Below, one piece after another: positions 19,411 to 29,690 of a DNA stretch of 64,000 nt (position 1 is the first letter of the stretch; each line of letters begins with the position of its first letter). Below the pieces are notes generated by a model, which was not told where the DNA came from, searched no databases, and worked only from the letters and a program-made list of their open reading frames with translations. The stretch is from contig CAIYPD010000070.1 in the NCBI GenBank assembly GCA_903928075.1, positions 1,730 through 65,729 of the forward strand, in the 5' to 3' direction. The DNA is from Candidatus Firestoneibacteriota bacterium. Lineage in GTDB: Bacteria; Oederibacteriota; D2-FULL-39-29. Both the position numbers and the translations under genes were made by a program.

Positions 19411-20565
19411 CTAGCCGTTTCTCAGTTCTTTCCAGACGGCTATCATTTTATAAAAGTTTCTTCTGGTGGTGGCATCGGTGCTCAAGTAGATGGAATCTCC
19501 CGGGGCCAGAATGTAACCGCCTCCGCTCGCAAGTTTATGCACCGCATCTTTAACTGCGGCTTCTACTTCCGCTTCGGTGCCCTTTTCCAGCACGAGAAAG
19601 TTATTTACCCCGCCGCAAAGTGCCATTTCTTTGCCTACCGTCTCTTTTATTTTTACCAGGTCGGTGTTACCGAGGAGCGGGTCAAAATTTGAAAAGATGT
19701 CAAATTTTAATTCTTTAAACATCTCCAGGAGAGACATAGTCCCGGAGTTCATACAGTAATCATAAGTAACATTAGCCCGGTGACAGGTCTCTACTTCGTC
19801 TTTTAGAAAATCAAAAAACAACTCTCTGTAAAGTGCAGGGGACCAGAAGTCTGTGCTCTCATACCAGCCGCGCCTTATCATATGATCTACTCCGCCCTCA
19901 AGCATTATTTCCATTCTTCGTTTGTTCCACTTTCCTACAATGGCAGTATATCTTTTCAAAAACTCCGGGGCATCCTGGGAAGCCAACAAAACATTCTCCA
20001 CGCCGGAAAACCAGATAAGCGAATCGCCTACACCGGAGAGATAGCCGGTCATAATTAAACCTTTTTCGTCGCAAAACTTTTTTGTTTCTTTTGCGTCCTT
20101 CATAAAGTCATCCAGCTCTTTACCTTCCGGAGAGACAAGGATCTGTTCCAGCTTTTCAAGGTCTTCTTCTTTTTCTACCAGGAACTGTTTTGATCTTGAC
20201 ACATTATGGTCGCTAATCAATCTTATTGGCCCGGGATAATCTTCTGTTCTACGCACCACCTGGAACAATGAGCCTTTTTTTGTTATATATTCCTTGTGAA
20301 GAATCGGATAAATCTCGTTTTTTTGCGTTTCTATCCATTCCTTTACGGTATAATTTGCAGTGGAATTTATCGGGGGAGTTATCGAAACCGCTGTATCCAG
20401 ACCCAGTTCAAGAAAAAATGAGGCCCTTTCATATTTATCCGGATACATTTCGCTCACGAAGGTCACAACGCCGTGGCAGATACCGTCAAAACACATAGGC
20501 AGGTGGTCGGTTTTCTCATGCCTGATAGTCGCTTTTATTCTTTCTTTAGAACTCATCTTTTGCAT
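19411..20565 (-). CDS. Uroporphyrinogen-decarboxylase (URO-D/MtaA/CmuA) family protein
   Basis: The TIM-barrel family features and the C-terminal GGGYILAPG motif are typical of the UroD/MtaA family. An AAAGGAG RBS is present. Confidence 0.6.
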   Translation of the reverse strand: MQKMSSKERIKATIRHEKTDHLPMCFDGICHGVVTFVSEMYPDKYERASFFLELGLDTAVSITPPINSTANYTVKEWIETQKNEIYPILHKEYITKKGSLFQVVRRTEDYPGPIRLISDHNVSRSKQFLVEKEEDLEKLEQILVSPEGKELDDFMKDAKETKKFCDEKGLIMTGYLSGVGDSLIWFSGVENVLLASQDAPEFLKRYTAIVGKWNKRRMEIMLEGGVDHMIRRGWYESTDFWSPALYRELFFDFLKDEVETCHRANVTYDYCMNSGTMSLLEMFKELKFDIFSNFDPLLGNTDLVKIKETVGKEMALCGGVNNFLVLEKGTEAEVEAAVKDAVHKLASGGGYILAPGDSIYLSTDATTRRNFYKMIAVWKELRNG

Positions 20566-20671
20566 GTTTTTCTCCTTTAAGTTGAGCTTACGCTAAAAGG
20601 AGTATAACATACCGCATTTTATATACTTGGTATAATTCTTTGATATAGTTGTCTAATTCAACGAAAGCTAA

Positions 20672-21538
20672 TCATGCGTTCAAAACAAGTTTTCTGTATG
20701 AAGAAGGGCTTAACCCCGCAAATTTTTTAAAGGTATGGTTAAAATGACTAAGATCCTTAAAACTAAGACTGTAAGCAATAGAGATGATTTTTTCCGGAGG
20801 AGTCCTTTCCAGAATCTTCTTTGCTTCATTTATTTTTCTCGCATTGATATAATTCTTTAAATTCATACCCAATGCTCTCTTGAATTTAAAACTCAAATAG
20901 TTCGGCGAGAGGCCAACCTCCGAAGCAATATTCTCGACAAATAATTCTTTTAAAATATTTTTTTCAATATAGTCCAATACTTTCTGCATATCTTCTTTCT
21001 TTCTAAGCTTATTTTCTTTAGCAGGATTTTGCGACATGGCTCGATTGGCCAAAATAACAAGCCTGACAAGCTGGACTATCAAAGCTTCCTTCCAGGCCTG
21101 TTCTTTTTTTTCATAATCTCCAAACATTGACCGAACAAGATAGTCTATCTCGAATGCCTTGTTTTCTTTCATATTTAAAACGTGCACAAAATCAGGCCGG
21201 CATCTGAAGATATTTTTCAGCAAATACGGTTTAAAATCTTTAAAATTATCAAAAGTCTTTGCGGTAAAATAAATACTGTAGAATTTTAACGGGTAACTTT
21301 TTCCCACACTGACAATATTATGGAGCTCATTTCTGTGAATAATTAGCAACGAGCCGCCGGCCACATCATATAATTTATTATTTATCAGGTAAGTTCCTTT
21401 CCCCTCCGTAAAATAATGGATTTCTATCTCCCGGAATTGAGAATGCAGCTGTCCGGAGGGAGAGAAATATGCGTTTTTCCTTACAACAAGCTGAAAATCC
21501 TTATTCGGGAATTTTACGGGAATAAATTTTCTTTTCAT
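20672..21538 (-). CDS. AraC-family transcriptional regulator (cupin N-domain plus C-terminal AraC HTH)
   Basis: The C-terminus carries ...IASEVGLSPNYLSFKFKRALG... and ...YSLSFKDLSHFNHTFKKFAGLSPSSYRK. Confidence 0.85.
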   Translation of the reverse strand: MKRKFIPVKFPNKDFQLVVRKNAYFSPSGQLHSQFREIEIHYFTEGKGTYLINNKLYDVAGGSLLIIHRNELHNIVSVGKSYPLKFYSIYFTAKTFDNFKDFKPYLLKNIFRCRPDFVHVLNMKENKAFEIDYLVRSMFGDYEKKEQAWKEALIVQLVRLVILANRAMSQNPAKENKLRKKEDMQKVLDYIEKNILKELFVENIASEVGLSPNYLSFKFKRALGMNLKNYINARKINEAKKILERTPPEKIISIAYSLSFKDLSHFNHTFKKFAGLSPSSYRKLVLNA

Positions 21539-21685
21539 TTACGCCTCTTCGCTAGCGACAAATATGAAGAAATAGTCATCACTAATTTTCGGAACTTTTA
21601 AAAACAGATTACCGCTCCACTAAGCATATTTCGCCATTCAGTCAGCAATTCAGCTGATTTTAGTTGCTTTTTAAAATCCTGATTT

Positions 21686-23152
21686 TTAATGCTCTGCATC
21701 CTTTTTATCGGTTTTGTGTACATGCTTATGGTCTATCAGGTGTTCTATTAAATGCCGCGCGGTCTGCACCGGAATTATCATATAATTTATCAGTACTCCC
21801 ATACCATCTATGAAGCCGGTTCCGATTGTCGTCCTTATAACCCGGACGACTTCTTCTATCTTCTCTTCCTTGGGCTCCACAATGCTTTTTAAAAACAGCG
21901 TCGGTATATATCTTAGCACGCCGCCGATAAAAAACAGTATCTGAAAACCGCCCCAGCCTATAAAAAGAAGGTTAAATTTTGCGGCACCTATTTCATCTAT
22001 CATAAACCCGCCGATTATCGGGGCCACGGCACAGGCAATACTCGTGACCATAGTATTAAAACCGATGTACATCGCGCGGTCCTGCTTGGGTGAAAGTTTC
22101 AGTATGGCGTTAAACTGGGAAAGCTCGAGCCCGCACCAGAAAATACCCGCCACAACATTCATCGGAATAAGGATCCATTTGTTGTGAACGGCATAAATAA
22201 CAATCAGAGGGAAAATTATCATCGCCCGGGTGCAGACTATAAGTATGGGCTTACAGCCGTATTTGTCAATAAGTTTGCCCCAGAATTCTGCCAGGGAAAG
22301 ATAGGTTAAACTGTGAGCTATGACCATGATACTTAAAAAGGTATAACTTAATTTCATCTCTTTCAGCATAAAAACGGTTACATAGACCCCGATAAGAGAG
22401 GTTGCAAAGCCGATAGAAGCGTTATAGAAGACCAGGTTCAAGAAATTCTTATTCTTGGCTATCTCAAGGAATTTGTTTGGTATGGTCATAAAGGAAAAAT
22501 CACCGCCGCCGCTGTGCTGGTTAGGCACCTCAGGGAACCGTGACAGATAGACAAAAGAAATGAGCCCGCATATCGAAGCCACGCCCAGCATGCTTGAAAA
22601 GCCAAAATATTGATTATCCTTCCAGAAATCCAGGTACCGCCCACCGGCAAAGCCAACGAGGGCCAGAACCAGACCGCCTATCATCATCCGCCTGCCAAAA
22701 ACAAAACCCCGGTGTTTTTCCGGAATCAGGTCGGCCATCCAGGACATCCAGACAGTACCAGAGTAAACACCCAGAAAGGCAATCAAACCTATTATAATCG
22801 TCATTACAGTTAACGGAATAGGAAGGAGTTTGTAATAGACCAGAACGGGTAGAGTGGCTATAATTATCCAGAGTATCCTGATGGGAAATATGGTTTTTAA
22901 GCAGAGCCTGCGTCTTTCTTTTGATCTATCTATATAGAAGGAGAAGACCGGGGCGACTATCTGCGCAAAAAGCGGAATAGAAGTAATAAGACCGATCTGG
23001 GAATTATTGGCCCCGAATAAAAGAAGCAGGCCGGTCATAAAAACACCGCTAGAAAGAGCAATAAAAACATTCACATAACCAATATCAAAAAGCATGTTAG
23101 ATAAAAGTTTTTTTGGCAAATCTTCTTTTTGTTCTATTGTTTCTTCCGCCAT
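21686..23152 (-). CDS. MFS transporter (12 TMS plus a C-terminal hydrophilic tail)
   Basis: The hydrophobicity pattern and the 12-TMS organisation fit an MFS transporter. Confidence 0.7.
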   Translation of the reverse strand: MAEETIEQKEDLPKKLLSNMLFDIGYVNVFIALSSGVFMTGLLLLFGANNSQIGLITSIPLFAQIVAPVFSFYIDRSKERRRLCLKTIFPIRILWIIIATLPVLVYYKLLPIPLTVMTIIIGLIAFLGVYSGTVWMSWMADLIPEKHRGFVFGRRMMIGGLVLALVGFAGGRYLDFWKDNQYFGFSSMLGVASICGLISFVYLSRFPEVPNQHSGGGDFSFMTIPNKFLEIAKNKNFLNLVFYNASIGFATSLIGVYVTVFMLKEMKLSYTFLSIMVIAHSLTYLSLAEFWGKLIDKYGCKPILIVCTRAMIIFPLIVIYAVHNKWILIPMNVVAGIFWCGLELSQFNAILKLSPKQDRAMYIGFNTMVTSIACAVAPIIGGFMIDEIGAAKFNLLFIGWGGFQILFFIGGVLRYIPTLFLKSIVEPKEEKIEEVVRVIRTTIGTGFIDGMGVLINYMIIPVQTARHLIEHLIDHKHVHKTDKKDAEH

Positions 23153-23372
23153 AATCCCTGACCTGTTTTGACTTTATGCCTATCCCGGCGCTTACACGCC
23201 CGCAATATGAATTTACATACATATTTTACTGTATTTTTTTGTATTTTCCCAAACAATAATCATAACTCAATAGAACGGTACGAAAACCAACAACAATATA
23301 TAATCCTGTTGAAGTTCTTCTGCTTTGAATGTATAATCCTTTAGTTGTTAATATAATTTTCAAGGAGCTATT

Positions 23373-24272
23373 ATGCAGATAAAACAGGAATGGACCACAG
23401 ATGAATTCGGGCACACTTACAAAGGCAAAGCCCTCTGGAAAGGCAAAACTCCTTTTCAGTCGATGCAGTTATTTAAAAATAAAACCTTTGGGACCCTCTT
23501 ATTTTTAGACGGCAAGATTCAGATCTCGGAAAGGGACGAAAACCGCTACCACCAGTACCTGGTCTCAGCTCCGGTTTTAGCGCATAAACAGGCAAAATCC
23601 ATTTGTATAGTAGGCGGCGGTGACTGTTTCTCTCTTGAAGAAGCGATTAAGTTTAAAGGGCTAGAACGCATCCTTATGGTTGAAATAGATAAAGGCGTTG
23701 TGGATTTTTGTATTAAGTACTATCCGGTCATTCAGAAGGTTGTTAAAGATAAGAGAATAGAGATAGTCTATCAGGATGCCAGGCAGTATCTTGAAGACAC
23801 AAAAGAGAAGTTCGATGTAATGATAATAGACCTGACCGAACCACACGGACCGTCAAAAATGCTTTACACAAAAGAATTCTACGAAATCTGCGCCGGCAGA
23901 ATGAACAAGGATGGGATACTTTCCATACATACCGATAACTATGTTCTCTTCCCGGAGTCCTATGCTACCATATATAAGACGGTTAAAAGCGTGTTTCCCC
24001 ATATCTTTACCGCAAGAATTGATATGCCCTGTTTTGCTATGGGTTGGACCTACCGCCTGGCCTCAAAGGCACCGCTTTCTTATGTAAGAGTAGTAAAGAA
24101 CCTTGATGCGCTCAAAAAGAAAGGCCATATCCTTGAACAGTTTACCCCGACCAGTTATCTCCTTCAGCCAACGCCGGAGGAAGCAAAGATAGTTTCCACC
24201 TACGGCAGAGTTTCTACGGATAAAAAACCCTTTGATAAATTCGCAAAACTTAAAAAGTATGTCCTAAAGTAG
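23373..24272 (+). CDS. speE: Spermidine synthase-like aminopropyltransferase (SpeE family)
   Basis: It has ICIVGGGDC and DVMIIDLTEPHGPSKMLYTKEFY motifs, matching the SpeE GGGDG and D-S-T-D-P regions. Confidence 0.7.
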   Translation: MQIKQEWTTDEFGHTYKGKALWKGKTPFQSMQLFKNKTFGTLLFLDGKIQISERDENRYHQYLVSAPVLAHKQAKSICIVGGGDCFSLEEAIKFKGLERILMVEIDKGVVDFCIKYYPVIQKVVKDKRIEIVYQDARQYLEDTKEKFDVMIIDLTEPHGPSKMLYTKEFYEICAGRMNKDGILSIHTDNYVLFPESYATIYKTVKSVFPHIFTARIDMPCFAMGWTYRLASKAPLSYVRVVKNLDALKKKGHILEQFTPTSYLLQPTPEEAKIVSTYGRVSTDKKPFDKFAKLKKYVLK

Positions 24273-24280
24273 TTTCCATA

Positions 24281-25765
24281 ATGCTAAAGAGCGAAAAATT
24301 GCAACTCGCCATAATCTCACTTTTTGCGGCAGTAATTTTATTTGCCAAACTGGGGCAAGGAGGCCTGGCCTCTCTGGACGACTGCTATTACGCCCAGCAG
24401 GCAAAAGAGATTGTTAAAACCGGCGACTGGCTGACGATGCACTATGAAGGCCGGCCGATGCACGAAAACGACCCGGTCTGCCTATGGTCCATGGCCTTAA
24501 TGTATAAAACTTTCGGCATCTCGGAGTTTACAGCCCGTTTCCACTCCGCTTTCTTTGGTTTACTCACGATAATGCTTGTCTATTTTCTGGGCCGGCTTTT
24601 ATACGGGCAATGGACCGGCATTTTTTCTTCGGTAATTCTCCTGACCACCCAGATTTTTACAAAATACGCAAGACACGCGATGCTGGATGTCACGCTTACT
24701 TTCTTTGTGCTGCTTGCGCTTTTTTTCTTTGCTAAAGCGGTAAAAGAACCCGAAGACAAACCGGAGAAGCAGGTCTCCTATTTAATTTTCTTCGGCCTTG
24801 CAACCGGCACCGCCATCCTCACCAAAAATCTATTGGGACTCTTCCCGCTGCTGACCGCCTTTAGTTATGTTTTTTTTAATAAAAAATTCCACGCCGGCTT
24901 CTCCTTGCGGCTGACAATAGGAAGCTATATCGCTCTTTTGCTTCCTGCTCTCTGGTACTATTACAGTTATAAAGTTAGCGGCCCGGCTTTCTTCAAGACA
25001 CATTTCGGCTACATCATCTTCGACCGCGCTCTAAAAGAAGAAGCCGGCAAACAAAACCTGCGGAGTTACGCCACTTACTTTATAGAGCTCTTCCGCTTTT
25101 ATCAGCCCTGGGTATTTTTGGCCCTGGCCGGCTTTGGCTTGATGGTTAAAAAATGGGTTAAAGAGAAAGATAATGGCTCGATACTTCTTGTTTCACATGT
25201 GCTGATAACGCTTTGCCTCCTCTCTCTGGCCAATGCCAGAAAAATCTGGTATATTATGCCGGTTTTTCCTGCTTTTGCCATAATGGGATCCCTCTTTGCA
25301 AATGAGTACCTGCTGAAGAAGGAAAAGACCAAAAAACTTACACTCTATTCTTTTTTTGCCCTGGGATTCATCCTTTCGGTAATCATTCTCTTTACGCCCG
25401 TGCGGCTGGATTGGAACCGGAACGCCGATATAAAAGCCCTGGCACCTTTTGTAAAAGCAACGGTTCCGGAGGGGACCCGGGTATTAACCTATAAAACAGA
25501 AGAGTATTTCGCGCTGCAGCTGCCTTTTATCTTTTATACAGACCGGTCTTCCGCATATGCTATTACCAAAAAAGAGGAGATGATTAATATACTTGAGGGA
25601 AAAGAGCAGGTTTTTGTCCTTACTTATCTGGCGGAATACAAAGAACTCGGTAGCCGGCAGCTCATTGCGCGCTATGGAGAACTTGTATTTTTCTCAAACA
25701 AATCCGTAAAGGGCAAGACTCTGCCTTTGTTTGAAGCAACGGAGCCTTACGCAATCCGCAGGTAA
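24281..25765 (+). CDS. ArnT/PMT-like glycosyltransferase (GT39/GT83 family), polytopic membrane protein
   Basis: The N-terminal pattern (GLASLDDCYYAQQAKEIVKTGDWLTMHYEGRP) is typical of 4-amino-arabinose or mannosyl transferases. It lies 9 bp after the speE-like gene. Confidence 0.75.
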   Translation: MLKSEKLQLAIISLFAAVILFAKLGQGGLASLDDCYYAQQAKEIVKTGDWLTMHYEGRPMHENDPVCLWSMALMYKTFGISEFTARFHSAFFGLLTIMLVYFLGRLLYGQWTGIFSSVILLTTQIFTKYARHAMLDVTLTFFVLLALFFFAKAVKEPEDKPEKQVSYLIFFGLATGTAILTKNLLGLFPLLTAFSYVFFNKKFHAGFSLRLTIGSYIALLLPALWYYYSYKVSGPAFFKTHFGYIIFDRALKEEAGKQNLRSYATYFIELFRFYQPWVFLALAGFGLMVKKWVKEKDNGSILLVSHVLITLCLLSLANARKIWYIMPVFPAFAIMGSLFANEYLLKKEKTKKLTLYSFFALGFILSVIILFTPVRLDWNRNADIKALAPFVKATVPEGTRVLTYKTEEYFALQLPFIFYTDRSSAYAITKKEEMINILEGKEQVFVLTYLAEYKELGSRQLIARYGELVFFSNKSVKGKTLPLFEATEPYAIRR

Positions 25766-25773
25766 TTCCGGTT

Positions 25774-28518
25774 TCAGGGTTTACAGAGGGCAGCATAAGA
25801 ACAGCCCCAGCAGCTGCCTCCGCCCTTCTCGGCTTTTTTAGGAAAATCGCCGTTAAAAATTGAAGTAACTGCATTTCCTGCAGTGAGCAGAGCGTTCTCA
25901 TAGAGTTCCGAAACCTTATCTTCTTTAACTACCCGCGCCCGTCCTTCTTTCAGGTCATAGACACAAAACCCGCCAACCTTCAAGTCCGGCCTTTCGGCAG
26001 CAATCATCCTTGCATAAAGAGGGAGCTGTATGCTCTCTCCTTTTCTTGTCCTGTCAAAATAGCCGCGCGCACCGCTCCCGGACTTATAATCAAGCACCAT
26101 AAACCTCCGGTCATCGCAATCGACACGATCAATCCGCCCCTTAACAACGGCTTTCCCGTCCAGAATATTAAAACGCCCTTTTTTCTCCAGGCAGTAGACC
26201 GCGGGATAAACTTTAAAAAGTTCGAGTTCTTCTTTCAAAATACCGGTCAGCAATATTTCCATCCGGCGGGCGATGTGCTCTTTCCAGAAAATATGCAGCG
26301 TGGTTTTTGCGAGTTCTTTTTGTATGGAGGCTTCAAGCCTGGTCTTAAGCGCCGCGTTATTCTTTTTCCCCGGGCTGAAACCGCCTTCCATAACATTATG
26401 CAAAATGGTCCCGATATGTGCGCTCTCAATCTCAAATTTTGGTTCTTCTAAAATTTCCAGGCGTAATATTTTTTCGAGATAGAACATAAACGGGCAATCA
26501 AGGTAGCGGTCAATAGCCGTGACACTAATTTCAGACCGGCCCGAAAACAGGGCATTAATATAAGCCGCCGCCTTTTTTTTGTCCGCAAACTCTATGTTAT
26601 TAAAAGAAACCGCCGGAACTCCAAGAAGGCGGCCTGCGGCCTGCTGTTCCTCTTCTTTTGTCGGCGGGTGCGCCGCACTCCGGTTTTTTGCAGCGGTTGT
26701 CTCCGGCAGAAAATTTGACATAAGGACCAGCTTCTCATTTTTTTGGGCCGGATACGAAAGGTAGACTTCCTCTTCCGGTGCCTGCAGGAGCCTGTAAAAA
26801 TGAAGTTTTTGAAGTTCTATTTTCCTCTGAAAATGGACCAACCCGAGTTCCTTTCTGATTTTATCGGGAATAATCAATTCCTGTTTGGGTCTTACGGGGT
26901 AATCACCGTCGGCTAAACCGCCAAAAAATAAGTGCCGGAAATATAAACCGCGGGTATCCATTATGCCCAAAACCTGAACAGCCTCAGCGCTTTCTTCTTC
27001 CTCCCTGAAAGCAGCCCGGGAGAGTATATTAATAAAAAGACGGGCATTTTCTGCCGGCGAATTGGAATGGCCGTTAAAAACCTTAAGCAGGGTTTCCATG
27101 CCGGCCAGCAACCTCGAAAACGCCTGGCTTAAAGCTTCATTTTTTATTGTATAGTCGAGTGTTTTAAGCGTCTTTCTGATAAGCACGACAAACTCTATCA
27201 AAGGCATAGATTTATTCAGTTTTTCCATAGCGGCAAATAACAGGTGAAGATCTTTCTTTAGCTTTTGAATGCTTCCGGTATGCGTCTCACTATAAACTGG
27301 TTCTTCGTTTGACAGTCTCTCCTCAAGCTCCGACCATTGGAGAAGCCCCCCCACTATCCCGGCTTTTCTGGAAGCTGAAGAAATAAGCGCGCGCCCTTCC
27401 TTTGAGAAGGCCAGAAAATTCAAAGAAGAGGTAATATCTACAACAGTTCTGCGGGGGAAATCCTCAAGCAAACAGCGCAGAAGAAGCATTACGGGAATTA
27501 TCCCGGGCAGGCTAAAATAAGGCATCTCCACAGATGTTGAAAACGGAATTCCGTATTTCGGGAAGATTCTTTTTATGTAAGGCATATAGGTAAACATAGA
27601 AGGAAAAGTTACGGCTATCTCCGGATATTTGCACACCGGGTCCTTTTGTTTTATTTCCAGTATTTTGCAGGCAATTTCTTTAACTTCCTCGTCAACCGAA
27701 TCAGCTTTATGTATCAGACAGGCCCCGGGCAGCCTTAGCTTTTCTTCAGACCGCCTCATTTTTATAGCACATTTACCCAAACTTTGTACATGCTCAAGGA
27801 AATCGCTTTTTACATCTTTTAAATCCGCTATGTTTTCGGCACCGTAATGAATTACAAGAGTATGAGTGCATATCTTGATAATCCCGGTGAAGATACTCTT
27901 CTGGGCTTCAGGTACATCAAAAAAACCGTCGAGGACCAGATAATCATAATGCATTTTAGCCCCGGGTAACGCTTCCGCCGCCGTTTTCAGCCGGTCAATA
28001 TCATCGGCAAAATTAAGTTCTCTTATTTTCTCCTGATACTTCTCAAAAATCTCAACCGCAAAAATTGCCCGCTCGTAAACCCGGTCATAAGTCCCCAGCG
28101 TTTCCGCAAGCCGGCTCTTAAGTTTTGCGGTATCATTACCGTAGCCGTAATATTTGAAATCGGAGATAAGTTCGGTAAGTACGCCTATAGTACCTAAAGA
28201 CCGGTTAAATAAGCCGGCGTATTTTGCATTAGAAGAAAGTATCTCCTGCACAATTATAAATTTTAATTTATCGTCCAGATATCCTGCGGGCACAGGGCTT
28301 TTTTTGTCTTTAAGTACTTTCTCTATGAAACGGTCCAGAGAATAAAAATCCCGTTTTTCATTTTCAGCAAAGAAACTTTTTCCCGTCGCCTCAGCTTTCC
28401 GGCCGGAGGGGGAAATATAAAGAATACTTTTCCCGGGCTTTGCAATACCGGAAATTATATCCTCGGAAGGAGTTTTTCCGTTTTTATTGCCAAAAGGGCT
28501 GAAATATATAGTGAGCAT
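25774..28518 (-). CDS. AddB-like PD-(D/E)XK nuclease family protein with a C-terminal Fe-S Cys cluster (914 aa)
   Basis: The C-terminal nuclease motif reads RIDRVDCDDRRFMVLDYKSG. A Cys cluster (CPF...CWGCSYAALC) is present. The N-terminal P-loop (SPSGRKAEATGKS) is degenerate. Confidence 0.6.
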   Translation of the reverse strand: MLTIYFSPFGNKNGKTPSEDIISGIAKPGKSILYISPSGRKAEATGKSFFAENEKRDFYSLDRFIEKVLKDKKSPVPAGYLDDKLKFIIVQEILSSNAKYAGLFNRSLGTIGVLTELISDFKYYGYGNDTAKLKSRLAETLGTYDRVYERAIFAVEIFEKYQEKIRELNFADDIDRLKTAAEALPGAKMHYDYLVLDGFFDVPEAQKSIFTGIIKICTHTLVIHYGAENIADLKDVKSDFLEHVQSLGKCAIKMRRSEEKLRLPGACLIHKADSVDEEVKEIACKILEIKQKDPVCKYPEIAVTFPSMFTYMPYIKRIFPKYGIPFSTSVEMPYFSLPGIIPVMLLLRCLLEDFPRRTVVDITSSLNFLAFSKEGRALISSASRKAGIVGGLLQWSELEERLSNEEPVYSETHTGSIQKLKKDLHLLFAAMEKLNKSMPLIEFVVLIRKTLKTLDYTIKNEALSQAFSRLLAGMETLLKVFNGHSNSPAENARLFINILSRAAFREEEESAEAVQVLGIMDTRGLYFRHLFFGGLADGDYPVRPKQELIIPDKIRKELGLVHFQRKIELQKLHFYRLLQAPEEEVYLSYPAQKNEKLVLMSNFLPETTAAKNRSAAHPPTKEEEQQAAGRLLGVPAVSFNNIEFADKKKAAAYINALFSGRSEISVTAIDRYLDCPFMFYLEKILRLEILEEPKFEIESAHIGTILHNVMEGGFSPGKKNNAALKTRLEASIQKELAKTTLHIFWKEHIARRMEILLTGILKEELELFKVYPAVYCLEKKGRFNILDGKAVVKGRIDRVDCDDRRFMVLDYKSGSGARGYFDRTRKGESIQLPLYARMIAAERPDLKVGGFCVYDLKEGRARVVKEDKVSELYENALLTAGNAVTSIFNGDFPKKAEKGGGSCWGCSYAALCKP

Positions 28519-28692
28519 TCTTTCCTCTAACAGGCTACTGAAAACCTAAAATAATGGTCATTAAGTCCGCCTTATTAGGTCGAGATCTCACCGTTTGATT
28601 ATCGAACGGTGGACAGCCTGTTACCTCGCCATTTGATCTCAAAAGGCCGGTAAAATTATCAGAATTATATCTGAAAAAGTATTAAAAAGAGT

Positions 28693-29664
28693 TTAAGACA
28701 GTATCCTTTCGGTGAAGGTTTTTACGGCCAGCTCTGCATTTACTCTGACAGCTACGAGCGCATTTGGCTTTTCTTTGGGATTTAATACTATCTCGACTCC
28801 GTTTTTACCCCGTTTCCAGCAATTAGAAATCGGCAGAGTGACCCCTCTTGTATATTTCCCCCCAGTTTCAACGGCTATTTTACAGGGCCGATATTCCAGG
28901 AGGTCCGGCGTATTCAGGGCCATTGCCGCCAGCGGATCATGGAGAATAGGCGAGTGGGCTTTACTGTTTCCCGAAACTCCCGCAAGCTGTTTTTGCCAAA
29001 GGCGGATAAGTTTCCCGAGCAATACCGGAAGTTCCCGGCCTGATTTCTCAAACCTTCTGATTTGGGCCTCAGGAAGAAGGCATTTTAGGGTTACATCCAG
29101 GCCGATCATTCTTATGGGCGCGCCGGCATTGAAGACAATGGCGGCAGCTTCCGGATCGCAGAGAATATTCCATTCCGGAAAAGACGGCGTAATTACGCCA
29201 CCCATAATAACTATTTCTTTGAGTTTCTCTGCTATTTTTGGATATTTTCTAAATAAAAGGCCGATATTGGTGAGCGGTCCTATGGTCAAAAGCGTCACCT
29301 CGCCGCTGTGCGCTTCTATGTTATTTTTCAGGAATTCTACAACATCCATAGGATAAGGTTTTATCAGGGGCTTAATTTTTGAGAGTATTTCAAATTGCCG
29401 GGGTTTGTGCTCCTGCAATTTTTTCTTATACAGTGCATTTTCAATTTTTAGCGGCCGGCCGGCGCCTGCAACTATCGGAAGGTTAAATTTTCCGAGCACC
29501 TGTAACTCCGCTGCGCCCAGCTCAGCTCTTTCCCGGGTTTTTAAAAATACGGTAGAAACTCCAAGCAAAAATATGTCACTGCTTTTTCCCAGATAACCCA
29601 GAGCCAGTGCGTCGTCAATATCATCTCCGATATCCGTATCAAGCAAAACTTTTTTAATTTTCAT
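28693..29664 (-). CDS. Inosine-uridine preferring nucleoside hydrolase (IUNH family)
   Basis: It has the N-terminal DTDIGDDIDDALAL aspartate motif. Confidence 0.85.
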   Translation of the reverse strand: MKIKKVLLDTDIGDDIDDALALGYLGKSSDIFLLGVSTVFLKTRERAELGAAELQVLGKFNLPIVAGAGRPLKIENALYKKKLQEHKPRQFEILSKIKPLIKPYPMDVVEFLKNNIEAHSGEVTLLTIGPLTNIGLLFRKYPKIAEKLKEIVIMGGVITPSFPEWNILCDPEAAAIVFNAGAPIRMIGLDVTLKCLLPEAQIRRFEKSGRELPVLLGKLIRLWQKQLAGVSGNSKAHSPILHDPLAAMALNTPDLLEYRPCKIAVETGGKYTRGVTLPISNCWKRGKNGVEIVLNPKEKPNALVAVRVNAELAVKTFTERILS

Positions 29665-29690
29665 AATCTCTCCCGGTAACTAATTACTTC

